The notes under the pieces were generated by a model, which worked only from the letters and a program-made list of their open reading frames with translations, had not been told where the DNA came from and did not search any database. Positions 49,702 through 58,719 of a stretch of 64,000 nt of DNA are shown in pieces (the stretch's first letter is position 1; every line of letters starts with the position of its first letter). The DNA comes from an uncultured Gammaproteobacteria bacterium (GTDB lineage Bacteria > Patescibacteriota > Microgenomatia > Daviesbacterales > UBA10151). The position numbers and the translations under genes are program-made. The DNA lies in NCBI GenBank assembly GCA_964551605.1, contig CAZKCV010000005.1:7104-71103 (forward strand). The letters run 5' to 3'.

Positions 49702-51402
49702 CTATGAGATATTTGTCAATAGTTTTAAAAGTTCGGCTTTGGAAATAACCCCAATTTTTCTGCCCACTTCTTTCCCGTCTTTTAGGACAATGTAGGTTGG
49801 GATGCTCATCACTCCATGCTCACTGGCTTTAGCTTGATTATCATCAACATTAATTTTTTCTATTTCCACCTTACCAGCCAGCTCTTTTTCCAATTCTTCA
49901 ATCACAGGCTCCATTACTTTACAGGGCCCACAATTATGAGAGACCATCCCATTAGTTATAACGGTATGAGGGTCGCCGACTGTAATACCTATTACATCAC
50001 GACTATCTGCTTCTTCAATTGATAAGACTCTTTCCCACAATAAGTTTCCTTGTTGACGCTGTTCCAACCATTTTATAAATAAAGCCTCACCGCCTTTAGC
50101 AGGATACACTACTTGAGTATCTCTATTTGCATAATTCCAGCTAACTATTGTGCCAACTGGGATTTGCAAACTCTCAGCAATTTGGTTACTGCTGACTCCT
50201 AAGGCTAACTGCTGAAGAGCAATTTGCTTTGCTTGAATATAACGATTACGTTCAAAAAGTCTGTACTGTAAAAACTCCCTGATAAAAGGAATGCTAACAT
50301 TCTTTGATCTAGCATAAGCGTAGCCAATACTAGCTAAGTTAAATAGCGATTGATAGTCAGTAGCTACTCTGAGTGAAATAATTACCCCGTCTTCATCATC
50401 ACTGCTTGATATATCCCTTACTTCAACTCCCAATTGTTCAAGTAATAATCCCAGTTGTTTCGCGTAAAGAATTCCCTCTCTCTCTAAATATTTTTCTTTA
50501 TGGAATTCAATTGCATTAACAGAAAATCTAGCATCATGAGAACTGCTACCTGCATGTTTCATTTGATAAGCAATTTTGCATCCATCTCCACCCAACCAGC
50601 CACTCAGAAAAGCTTTCTTGACTAAAATATCTCCCTCCATAATCCAATCTGGGATAAAATAAGCCTGGTTCTTTTTTCTGCCTTCTGGACAACCCAAAGC
50701 TTTTAGCAGAAAAAACAATGTTCTATTGAGATTGCGGCAACGTAAAATGTGTATGGTAAATTTTCTCTCACCAATTTGACGATCTTTAACTTGCCTTTTG
50801 ATTTCTAGTTTATCAAAACCTAGAATCTGTAGATCCTCTTTTATAGTCCTGGCATCATCTTCTGTGCCCACAAAGAAATGTGTCTCGTAAATATTGTGTT
50901 TTAAATCCTCATATAGATAACCATCAGTCATCACAAACCCAAGTAGTCTGGCTAAAATGGGTAGCCGTGAATTATTAGCTTTCAGAGGCAACAAACCCAA
51001 TTGAGTAAGTATCTTATCCGCAAAGATATTGCCAACAGAAGTCAGAATTACCTGATCATTATCTGATTCAAAAACTGGATTATCCTGAGCTGGATTAACC
51101 AGAATACTATCACCAATTATTAACTCTCTCAACTTCTTAAAACCTTCTTGAGTTAAGGCTAAATGATTGATATCTCCTATTAATTCTCTACCTGTTTCCA
51201 AAACTATTTTTTTAGAAAGTGCATTTTTAAAAATTCTTATCTTTTGGACTTTTTGAATTGATTGTTTTTTGGTCTTTGGATCAATTGCGACTAATTTTTG
51301 TCCTACCTGAACTTGTAAAGCTTTTATATAACCATTTTCAGTTAAAACCGGAGTTTCCGGATCAATACACCAAGGTGCCCAAAAATCCAAAAGTTTCATC
51401 AT
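49702..51402 (-). CDS. trxA: Thioredoxin (87 aa after splicing) interrupted by an intein
   Basis: N-extein MMKLLDFWAPW joined to C-extein CGPCKVMEPVIEEL...KINVD...VMSIPT restores WCGPC. Confidence 0.93.
   Translation of the reverse strand: MMKLLDFWAPWCIDPETPVLTENGYIKALQVQVGQKLVAIDPKTKKQSIQKVQKIRIFKNALSKKIVLETGRELIGDINHLALTQEGFKKLRELIIGDSILVNPAQDNPVFESDNDQVILTSVGNIFADKILTQLGLLPLKANNSRLPILARLLGFVMTDGYLYEDLKHNIYETHFFVGTEDDARTIKEDLQILGFDKLEIKRQVKDRQIGERKFTIHILRCRNLNRTLFFLLKALGCPEGRKKNQAYFIPDWIMEGDILVKKAFLSGWLGGDGCKIAYQMKHAGSSSHDARFSVNAIEFHKEKYLEREGILYAKQLGLLLEQLGVEVRDISSSDDEDGVIISLRVATDYQSLFNLASIGYAYARSKNVSIPFIREFLQYRLFERNRYIQAKQIALQQLALGVSSNQIAESLQIPVGTIVSWNYANRDTQVVYPAKGGEALFIKWLEQRQQGNLLWERVLSIEEADSRDVIGITVGDPHTVITNGMVSHNCGPCKVMEPVIEELEKELAGKVEIEKINVDDNQAKASEHGVMSIPTYIVLKDGKEVGRKIGVISKAELLKLLTNIS
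49933..51369 (-). mobile_element. Intein (479 aa) with LAGLIDADG homing endonuclease
   Basis: Starts CIDPETPVLT; block B-like D.NH; LLGFVMTDG and FLSGWLGGDG; ends TNGMVSHN followed by Cys+1. Confidence 0.95.
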
Positions 51403-51479
51403 ACAGGACTAAAATAATAACACTATTAAAAATTTTGTAAAGACTTGACAAGTAAAAACTGATATACTAGAGCCCGTTT

Positions 51480-53486
51480 ATGCCCAACTTCCTCTTAGAT
51501 GACCTAAATCCTATCCAAAAACAAGCTGTCCAAGCCACCGAAGGTCCAGTTCTAATTTTAGCGGGGGCGGGTTCCGGTAAAACTAAAGTCTTAACCCACC
51601 GGGTGGCTTATTTAATCCAAGATAAAGGTATACCGCCGGAAAATATCCTATGTCTGACTTTCACCAATAAAGCTGCTGGTGAAATGATGGACCGGATTAG
51701 GAAACTTCTCCAAACTACCAACTACCAACTACCAACTACTCCCATCATGGGCACATTCCATAGCTTTTGCGCCAGGATCCTGCGCCGTGAGGGTCGGACC
51801 CTGGGACTCCCACCGGGATTTGCCATCTATGACGAAGGTGACACGCTGGACGCAGTAAAAGAAGCCATGGGCAATTTAAACATCCCCACCCAAAAAACTT
51901 CCCCCCACTCTGTCCGGACTACCATTTCCGGCGCTAAAAATGAACTCATCTCTTCCCTGGAATACCCCCAATATGCCAGGGGTTACTTTCAGGAAACGGT
52001 CGCCAAGATTTACCTGGAATACCAGAAAATTCTAGAGCGTAATCACGCCCTGGACTTTGATGACCTACTACTGTATGTCATTAGGTTATTCCAGGCCGAA
52101 CCCGCTATTTTAACCCGCTACCAAATTCAATTCAAATACATCTTAATTGACGAATACCAGGACACCAACCCGGCTCAATATCTAATCAGTAAGTATTTAG
52201 CCAACCGCCACAAAAACATCTGCGTGGTGGGAGATGCCAGCCAATCAATTTATTCCTTCCGGGGAGCTGATTTCCGCAATATTGTGAATTTTCAAAAAGA
52301 CTACCCGAATACTAAAGTCTTTAATCTTGAGCAAAATTACCGTTCTACTCAAAATATTCTGGATGCGGCCTTTGCAGTCATTTCCAAAAATAAATCCCAT
52401 CCAATCTTAAAGCTTTGGACTGATAACGATAGCGGAGAGAAAATTGAAGTGGTGGAAGTGAGAAATGAGATTGAGGAAACCTTATTTATCCTAAATACCA
52501 TCGCTCACCTCCGAGGTGAGCTTAAGACGACACCAGGATCACACCTCGGAGGTGTAACAAAATTATCTGATTTTGCCATCCTTTACAGAACCAATGCCCA
52601 ATCCAGATCTTTAGAAGAACAATTTCTAAAAGCCGGCATTCCATATCAACTAGTCGGCGGGGTCAGTTTCTATGCCAGAAAGGAAATTAAAGATGTTTTA
52701 GCTTATCTTCGCTTACTGCAAAACCCCAAAGATTCCGTATCCTTAAAACGGGCAGAGAAAATCGGTAAAGGAAGGCTCACCAAAATCATGGAACTCCAAA
52801 ACGTCATTGCGAGCGAAGCGAAGCAATCTGGCCCAGATAATAACCCCACCCAGATTGCTTCGTCGCCCCGTACCGTACGGTACGGGGCTCCTCGCAATGA
52901 CGACTTGTCTTGCACTACCCTTGAACTTCTGGACAAGATCCTAGAGGTAGCAGGTTATTTGACTTACCTGGACGATAGTACCGAAGAAGGAAAAATCCGG
53001 ATAGAAAACGTCAAAGAGCTACGCTCTGTAGCAGAAGAATTTCCTGATCTAACTAACTTTTTAGAAAACGTTGCTTTAATGGAAGCTTCCGATACACCGA
53101 AACACCGAAACACTGAAACGCTGAAAAAAGATGCCGTTACCTTAATGACCTTGCATTCCGCCAAAGGCTTAGAGTTTCCGGTCATTTTTATGGTTGGCAT
53201 GGAAGAAGGTCTATTCCCCCATTCAAGGTCTATGTTAGATCTTCATGAACTGGAAGAAGAAAGAAGACTTTGTTATGTTGGCATTACTAGGGCTAAAGAA
53301 AAATTGTACTTAACTTATACCAAGCAAAGGTTATATTTTGGCCAAAGAAGCAATAATTTAGTATCCAGATTTTTAGGAGATATCCCTCAGGATTTAATTT
53401 TAAGCAATACCAATTTTCGGGATCAGGATAGCTTTTTAGATGATGTTACTAGTAATATCAATGAGGACGATTGGCTAAAGATTTGA
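51480..53486 (+). CDS. pcrA: UvrD/PcrA ATP-dependent DNA helicase
   Basis: LAGAGSGKT, TFTNKAA, DEYQDTN, VGDASQSIY, TLHSAKGLEF, EERRLCYVGITRA. Confidence 0.97.
   Translation: MPNFLLDDLNPIQKQAVQATEGPVLILAGAGSGKTKVLTHRVAYLIQDKGIPPENILCLTFTNKAAGEMMDRIRKLLQTTNYQLPTTPIMGTFHSFCARILRREGRTLGLPPGFAIYDEGDTLDAVKEAMGNLNIPTQKTSPHSVRTTISGAKNELISSLEYPQYARGYFQETVAKIYLEYQKILERNHALDFDDLLLYVIRLFQAEPAILTRYQIQFKYILIDEYQDTNPAQYLISKYLANRHKNICVVGDASQSIYSFRGADFRNIVNFQKDYPNTKVFNLEQNYRSTQNILDAAFAVISKNKSHPILKLWTDNDSGEKIEVVEVRNEIEETLFILNTIAHLRGELKTTPGSHLGGVTKLSDFAILYRTNAQSRSLEEQFLKAGIPYQLVGGVSFYARKEIKDVLAYLRLLQNPKDSVSLKRAEKIGKGRLTKIMELQNVIASEAKQSGPDNNPTQIASSPRTVRYGAPRNDDLSCTTLELLDKILEVAGYLTYLDDSTEEGKIRIENVKELRSVAEEFPDLTNFLENVALMEASDTPKHRNTETLKKDAVTLMTLHSAKGLEFPVIFMVGMEEGLFPHSRSMLDLHELEEERRLCYVGITRAKEKLYLTYTKQRLYFGQRSNNLVSRFLGDIPQDLILSNTNFRDQDSFLDDVTSNINEDDWLKI
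52802..52902. repeat. Nested palindromic element inserted in frame in pcrA
   Basis: CGTCATTGCGAG...CTCGCAATGACG outer arms; inner CGAAGCAATCTGG/CCAGATTGCTTCG; perfect 24-bp palindrome 52865-52888. Confidence 0.9.
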
Positions 53487-53487
53487 T

Positions 53488-54234
53488 ATGGAACGCTACT
53501 TAGGCGCCCTTTTAATCATTGTGCTGGCCATATTTGCCAAAAGCTTTTGGCAGCCACCGGCTATTTTAGGCACCTCCACTCCTCCACTTACCGAAACTCT
53601 ACCGGTTAACCAACCTGTCACTACTGAATCCTCTTTTACGGAAAAGTTACAGGAAGAAGTTGAAGTCCTCGCTAAAAAAGTTATCTATGAAGATGACCCG
53701 GAAACAGAAGCCGGGGAAGAAAAAGTTCTGGAAGAAGGAGAGGATGGCAAAAAAACTAAGATATTTAAAATCACATACTCAAAACAAGACACAGACACCC
53801 CGGGGGTAGGCTTTGATTCCCCCGGGGTGAAACAGGGTGGAGAATATTCCAGAGAGTTAGTCTCTGTAGAAACTACTCCGGCTAAAGATAAAAAGGTCTT
53901 GCGCGGTACCAAAATTGTTTGGAAGACATTGGATACACCTGATGGGGAAATTAAATACTGGAAAAGAATGCGGGTTTATGCTACCCATTATGATTCCCGT
54001 TGCCCTGGTTGTAATGAATGGACCGCCATTGGCATGCGGGCTGGCAAAGGAGTCATTGCCGTTGATCCAACAGTCGTTAAACTTCGCTCTCAAGTTTATG
54101 TCCCGGGATATGGCATAGCTGTAGCCGGGGATACCGGCGGAGCTATTAAAGGAAATATTATTGATCTAGGCTTTGACGACGCCAAAACAGCCGGTTGGAG
54201 TGCTCGCTTCACGGATATCTACATAATTAACTAG
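53488..54234 (+). CDS. G5 plus 3D domain cell-wall protein
   Basis: Signal peptide; G5 (EGEDG.K); ATHY, GVIAVDP, YVPGYG.AVAGDTGGAIKGNIIDL. Confidence 0.92.
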   Translation: MERYLGALLIIVLAIFAKSFWQPPAILGTSTPPLTETLPVNQPVTTESSFTEKLQEEVEVLAKKVIYEDDPETEAGEEKVLEEGEDGKKTKIFKITYSKQDTDTPGVGFDSPGVKQGGEYSRELVSVETTPAKDKKVLRGTKIVWKTLDTPDGEIKYWKRMRVYATHYDSRCPGCNEWTAIGMRAGKGVIAVDPTVVKLRSQVYVPGYGIAVAGDTGGAIKGNIIDLGFDDAKTAGWSARFTDIYIIN

Positions 54235-54267
54235 CGAGCACGGAAACACTGAGTGTAATCGAAGTGT

Positions 54268-54306
54268 TGGAGTGCAAGATTTGTAGATATTTACCTAATA
54301 AATTAG
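54268..54306 (+). pseudogene. Orphan copy 1 of the G5/3D gene 3' end
   Basis: Translates WSARFVDIYLIN* vs the gene's WSARFTDIYIIN*. Confidence 0.85.
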
Positions 54307-54350
54307 TATTATCCTAATTCATAAGTCAGCTCAGACTTCTAGCAATTTAA

Positions 54351-55289
54351 TCATTTGATCTTCAGAGTATTCGCAACTTTAAGAAACAGTTCTTTGTTTG
54401 CATCTCTCACTCCGTCTGATGCAGTTGTCATAACCAATTGATAATTTCTATTGTTATATTTAGTAGTCAACACCAAATCATTTGCTTCATATTTGTACAC
54501 CTGCAGGGTCGCATTTTGCCCTATCCATTGTGTTTGTGTTGTAGAGATTAAACCCTGGTTACCTGTAAATGGTATCTCTTCGATAAACAATCTAACTACA
54601 TAACCTTTCTCCGAGGATCCTGGCTCATTCATAATATAATCCGAGCTCTCAAAGGTAATATCACCTCTGCTTAAATCTATTATCCATGAAGAAGGATAAG
54701 ATATCGAAAGTTTAGTATTTGTATATGTTTTCCAATTTTCAATAGGAGCTGTAAATTTTGCAAATCTGATGTCAATTTTATTTAGTGGCTTATCTGGATC
54801 TTCATCATAATAAACATCCATCTGAAAAGAGCGCGGGTCTCCTTCTTTGTAAATACCCGCATAGCAAATCGCTGGTGCAGGACATCCTCCGCCGCCTCCA
54901 ACTTTCCATCCCTGCTTAGATTCGTCATTTTCATACCAGTTAACTATTTTATCCTTATCGGTATCGGTATCCTTATCGGTATTTGTTACTTGAAATGTGT
55001 AGGTGATAGCCGGTTGGCAAGTTTCTGGTATCTGGCTTGGGCAGACTTTCTCAAGTTTTTTTCCAATAAAAACTGCACCCGGATAAATAGGTATTCCGGC
55101 AATCTCGGTAGGTATTGTTTTGTCGGTTGAAGAAATTATTGGGGGCTTTTTATTCTCATTATTCGTTGATTGTTTTCCCAGGTGAAGAAAATCTTCTTTG
55201 CCCTGCAAATAAAAAGCCCCAGCAGCCACAACTGCCAAAATAACAACCCCTAAAATAATAAGTTGTACAAAGCCTTTTTGTCTATTCAT
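54351..55289 (-). CDS. Secreted/membrane-anchored protein with QKGF head and PsbP-like C-terminal domain
   Basis: MNRQKGF plus TM; IPIYPGA; WKTYTN..LSISYPSSW; ends VANTLKIK. Confidence 0.75.
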   Translation of the reverse strand: MNRQKGFVQLIILGVVILAVVAAGAFYLQGKEDFLHLGKQSTNNENKKPPIISSTDKTIPTEIAGIPIYPGAVFIGKKLEKVCPSQIPETCQPAITYTFQVTNTDKDTDTDKDKIVNWYENDESKQGWKVGGGGGCPAPAICYAGIYKEGDPRSFQMDVYYDEDPDKPLNKIDIRFAKFTAPIENWKTYTNTKLSISYPSSWIIDLSRGDITFESSDYIMNEPGSSEKGYVVRLFIEEIPFTGNQGLISTTQTQWIGQNATLQVYKYEANDLVLTTKYNNRNYQLVMTTASDGVRDANKELFLKVANTLKIK

Positions 55290-55528
55290 TTAATTCTGTG
55301 AGCTACTGAAACTGGAGTCGACCAAAGTTCTCGCTGGATTTTCTTTGGAATGGCTTTGCCTAAATCTTTTATGAATTTACTGGCTTTAAAGATGTCAATC
55401 ATCACCGGCTCTCTATCTATGGATACACTAACAATATTACCCTCTTTGGTTTCATAAGAATCATCGATTTTTTTGTCAGAAAGGACAATCATTAAAATAT
55501 CTTCGTCACTGTCATAGCGTACTTTCAT
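55286..55528 (-). CDS. DUF2283-like putative antitoxin
   Basis: MKVRYDSDEDILMI.L....I..S pattern. Confidence 0.8.
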   Translation of the reverse strand: MKVRYDSDEDILMIVLSDKKIDDSYETKEGNIVSVSIDREPVMIDIFKASKFIKDLGKAIPKKIQRELWSTPVSVAHRIK

Positions 55529-55772
55529 ATCTTCCTCTCTTTCCTATATGGAACGTGACTACTTTAATTATACCACCTTTTCGATCCAAAACGATCCTCA
55601 AAATATGCTTTTCACCAACTAAATCTAGCGCTGTTTCCTGATTATATTTAGTCGAACCTCTCCATTTAGGATTTTTAATAACTTGTCTAATCTTTCTTTT
55701 GGTTATTAAAAACCCATGCTTTGCGACTTCAGAAAATTTCTCTTCTGCATGTTTTGTGTAAACAAGCTTCAC
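55512..55772 (-). CDS. DUF4258-like (RelE-fold) putative toxin
   Basis: YTKHAEEK, I...IKNP, LRIV, IKVVT; overlaps the DUF2283 gene. Confidence 0.78.
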   Translation of the reverse strand: MKLVYTKHAEEKFSEVAKHGFLITKRKIRQVIKNPKWRGSTKYNQETALDLVGEKHILRIVLDRKGGIIKVVTFHIGKRGRYESTL

Positions 55773-55799
55773 AAAATTATCTTAACATGAAGGGTTAGA

Positions 55800-55862
55800 T
55801 TTGCTAATGCCCGTACTGCCGGCTGGAAAGCTAAATTTGTGGACATCTATTTAATGAATTAG
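55800..55862 (+). pseudogene. Orphan copy 2 of the G5/3D gene 3' end
   Basis: Translates FANARTAGWKAKFVDIYLMN* vs FDDAKTAGWSARFTDIYIIN* (12/20 identical); stop abuts the stop of the convergent gene. Confidence 0.88.
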
Positions 55863-57329
55863 TTACTTAAATTTAAAGGTTGATACTATTTGGTTAAATA
55901 GTTCCTCTGCATCCGCAACCTGTTTTTCGTTCACATCTTCCGGTTTATTACCAACTCTTAAAGCTAATCTATAAATCCAACGGGAATCTTTGGAGAAAAA
56001 ATCTACCGCGTATAAGTTTTCACTGCCTGCTCTCGGAAATGCTTGCCTTCCTTCCTGCCCTCCAACAAAGATAGTCTTTATTTTATATGGCAAGCCAATA
56101 TACTCATCTATAGTGTTATAGGGCTTATCTGTTAATTGGTTATAATTTTCAGTACTTGAGAAAGACAATATATATTCGCTACTCGAATCGTTAAACTCCT
56201 GGATCAAACTACTGCTATTTTTTTTAATTGGTTTTTGAACCCATCCAGGAGGAAATCCAAAGAATATATCTTCTTTTTTATAAATTTGCCAGTTTGATTT
56301 ATCTAGTAACCTGAAAGTCTTATAAATGGAATATACTAAATCGCGATCACCTTTACTTACTTGGCTTGTAAAACTCGAAGATAAAATTATAATGTCTTGA
56401 CCTCGTGCTATCACCATATAAGGCCCTTGCTCAAGGACCCCACAAAGCCCCTCCAAAATAGTTACATCTAGATCCTTTAATGGATTCTGTATCTCAGAAA
56501 TAGTTTTTATACTGTTTTCACAAACAGAACCTTTCTGATAGGGAATTGTCACTTTATTGACATACTCTTCAGAGGATAATTTGTTTTCATTTCTTACTAC
56601 ATTTATAAAAATACCGGGGGCTTGCATCCCTCGAGTATCGCCTAAAACTGGGGTCAAGAAAGCTACACTTCCATAAACCCCCTCTATGGCTTCTTCATGC
56701 CATCTCTCAGGATATTTAAGAGATAATTTATTAACTTCATCTATATACGTTTTCCAGCTAATAGTTTCGTCTGCTTGACTGCTATCTAAGAATTTAAATG
56801 TTGGTATAAGTTGACTAACAACTTGAGGATTACCACTAATCACATAAGAATATTTATTGTTGTTAACAATAACAAACAAGGTTTTTCCTGTTTCCGATTG
56901 TTCAGGTGTATATTCAAGGAGTTCTGCCGAAAAACCATTTAAAGTAATTTTTTCTACTTTAGTTAATTTTGCTGGTATATGTCCTTCAACTGTCCATTTC
57001 TGATATTGTACTTCCTCAGCTAAAGTTGAATTCCTAACTTGAATACTAAATTCATTTTTATCTGTTTTATCTGCAGTTTTAAAACTGGTCAGACTTAAAA
57101 AGGTATCACTTTTTGGCTCTTCACTAATAACATAATTGGGATTATATTTGATGCTATATCCAAATTCCGGGTTTGTATATGTTTTCCAACTAGCTGTTTC
57201 ATCTAAGTTTCTTCTTTCAGCTTCAAATCTGGGAATCTGAATTAACTTGGTATACCACGCCCCTGCTATACCTAACCCAATTACCAAAATTCCCAGCAAA
57301 ATAAGTATTGGAGCAAATCCTTTTTGCAT
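55863..57329 (-). CDS. Secreted protein with QKGF head and three tandem PsbP-like domains
   Basis: Three W(K/Q)(T/I)Y...(Y/F)(N/P) to TF(K/R)(F/L) units. Confidence 0.78.
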   Translation of the reverse strand: MQKGFAPILILLGILVIGLGIAGAWYTKLIQIPRFEAERRNLDETASWKTYTNPEFGYSIKYNPNYVISEEPKSDTFLSLTSFKTADKTDKNEFSIQVRNSTLAEEVQYQKWTVEGHIPAKLTKVEKITLNGFSAELLEYTPEQSETGKTLFVIVNNNKYSYVISGNPQVVSQLIPTFKFLDSSQADETISWKTYIDEVNKLSLKYPERWHEEAIEGVYGSVAFLTPVLGDTRGMQAPGIFINVVRNENKLSSEEYVNKVTIPYQKGSVCENSIKTISEIQNPLKDLDVTILEGLCGVLEQGPYMVIARGQDIIILSSSFTSQVSKGDRDLVYSIYKTFRLLDKSNWQIYKKEDIFFGFPPGWVQKPIKKNSSSLIQEFNDSSSEYILSFSSTENYNQLTDKPYNTIDEYIGLPYKIKTIFVGGQEGRQAFPRAGSENLYAVDFFSKDSRWIYRLALRVGNKPEDVNEKQVADAEELFNQIVSTFKFK

Positions 57330-57330
57330 A

Positions 57331-57993
57331 TTACTTTAGGAATTTAAGTGTGGATAAAATTTTATCCCCATCCTCTCCTATTATCCTAAAAAGATACATC
57401 TTTTGATTTTTAGCAATATACATTAATTTCGGAGAGCCCGGCTGATAGGAAACAATTTTATACTTAGCTAATTGTCCACTAATAGTGGCTTCCTGATCCA
57501 TCACAATATGGCCTTTGGAGGTATAGTCAAACACTCCCCAAACAAAAGGATAATACCAGTATTTATCAAACCACTTATCAACTGATAAGTTATCAGGATT
57601 TTCAAAAACCCATACAGACAGCGGGCTTTTATCAAAAGTATTATTTTGATCTAATACTGCCACCGCCCCCAAAAGCAACCCCGGCTCATATCCTACATAA
57701 CCTTTAAAATTCTTCCTATAATCCCCATTTCCTCTTTTGTTGAACTCTTCTTCCGAATCCTCTTTTACGGTCAGCTCCTTAGAATACTTAAACTCAAAAC
57801 CCAGGCTCTGATTAGTATAAACAGGACTCTGCAGTAAAGGTGCTGTAGTCTTAACCGGTGCTTTGGATTCCTGGGGTAGTAATTTTGCGGGTCTGAATAT
57901 AAAAAATCCGGTAATACCTATTATTAATAAACCGACTAAAAGTAGTAGGACGGCAGAACCTTTTTGTTTACACTGAGCATAGTCGAAGTGCAT
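57331..57993 (-). CDS. Secreted PsbP-like domain protein (QKGS head)
   Basis: TM; YTNQSLGFEFKY; ends KILSTLKFLK. Confidence 0.75.
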   Translation of the reverse strand: MHFDYAQCKQKGSAVLLLLVGLLIIGITGFFIFRPAKLLPQESKAPVKTTAPLLQSPVYTNQSLGFEFKYSKELTVKEDSEEEFNKRGNGDYRKNFKGYVGYEPGLLLGAVAVLDQNNTFDKSPLSVWVFENPDNLSVDKWFDKYWYYPFVWGVFDYTSKGHIVMDQEATISGQLAKYKIVSYQPGSPKLMYIAKNQKMYLFRIIGEDGDKILSTLKFLK

Positions 57994-58050
57994 AAAATAA
58001 TCATAACTCTGCTATTGCCAAGAAACAACAAGTTCTGTTATTATCGGTCA

Positions 58051-58707
58051 ATGGCTAAGAGGGTGGGAGAAAAAACAAAATCAGATATTCCATTTAGGAA
58101 AACCAACAACTTATTGGATAAATTATCCTCTTATAAAAATTTCCGCTCTTCAAAAAAGTTTTATATCATTCTTATCATTGCCGGGTTGGTACTTCTTTTT
58201 ATCTATAAGAAAAACTGGTTTGTAGCTGCAACTGTTAACGGCTCACCAATTACAAACTTGGAATTACAAATGAAGTTAAATAAACAATTCCGCACTCAAA
58301 TGCTAAACCAATTAATTAATGAAAAGATTATTCTTACTGAAGTCATGAAAAAGAATACTGTTGTCTCAGAAGCAGAAGTTAGCAACAAGATTTCAGAAAT
58401 AGAAAAAAGCGTCGGTGGAGCAGAATCTCTGAATGCACTTTTGTCCCAGCAAGGGCAAACCAGGGACGGCATCAGAGAACAGATTAGATTGCAACTGAGC
58501 ATTGAAAAGTTATATGCAAATGAAGCTTCTGTTTCCGGTGAAGAAGTAGCAGCATTTATAGAACAAAACAGTGATCAGTTAAGGGCTACTGATTCCGCCG
58601 GCCAGGAAAAAGAAGCCGCTGAACTAATTAAAAGCCAAAAATTATCTCAGATCTTTTCCCAGAAGTTCCAAGAACTCAAACAAAGAGCTAAAGTTCAAGT
58701 CTTTTAG
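58051..58707 (+). CDS. SurA/PrsA N-terminal-domain chaperone-like protein (likely start 58051)
   Basis: TM; VAATVNGSPIT..EL, LNQLINEKII, VSEAEV, L...AKV. Confidence 0.82.
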   Translation: MAKRVGEKTKSDIPFRKTNNLLDKLSSYKNFRSSKKFYIILIIAGLVLLFIYKKNWFVAATVNGSPITNLELQMKLNKQFRTQMLNQLINEKIILTEVMKKNTVVSEAEVSNKISEIEKSVGGAESLNALLSQQGQTRDGIREQIRLQLSIEKLYANEASVSGEEVAAFIEQNSDQLRATDSAGQEKEAAELIKSQKLSQIFSQKFQELKQRAKVQVF

Positions 58708-58719
58708 TATAATGGTCGG

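Noticed and set aside
49681-49702. Functional link between the thioredoxin intein and the DGR
   Set aside because: Only adjacency supports it, and the target gene has its own -10-like sequence in the 21-nt gap
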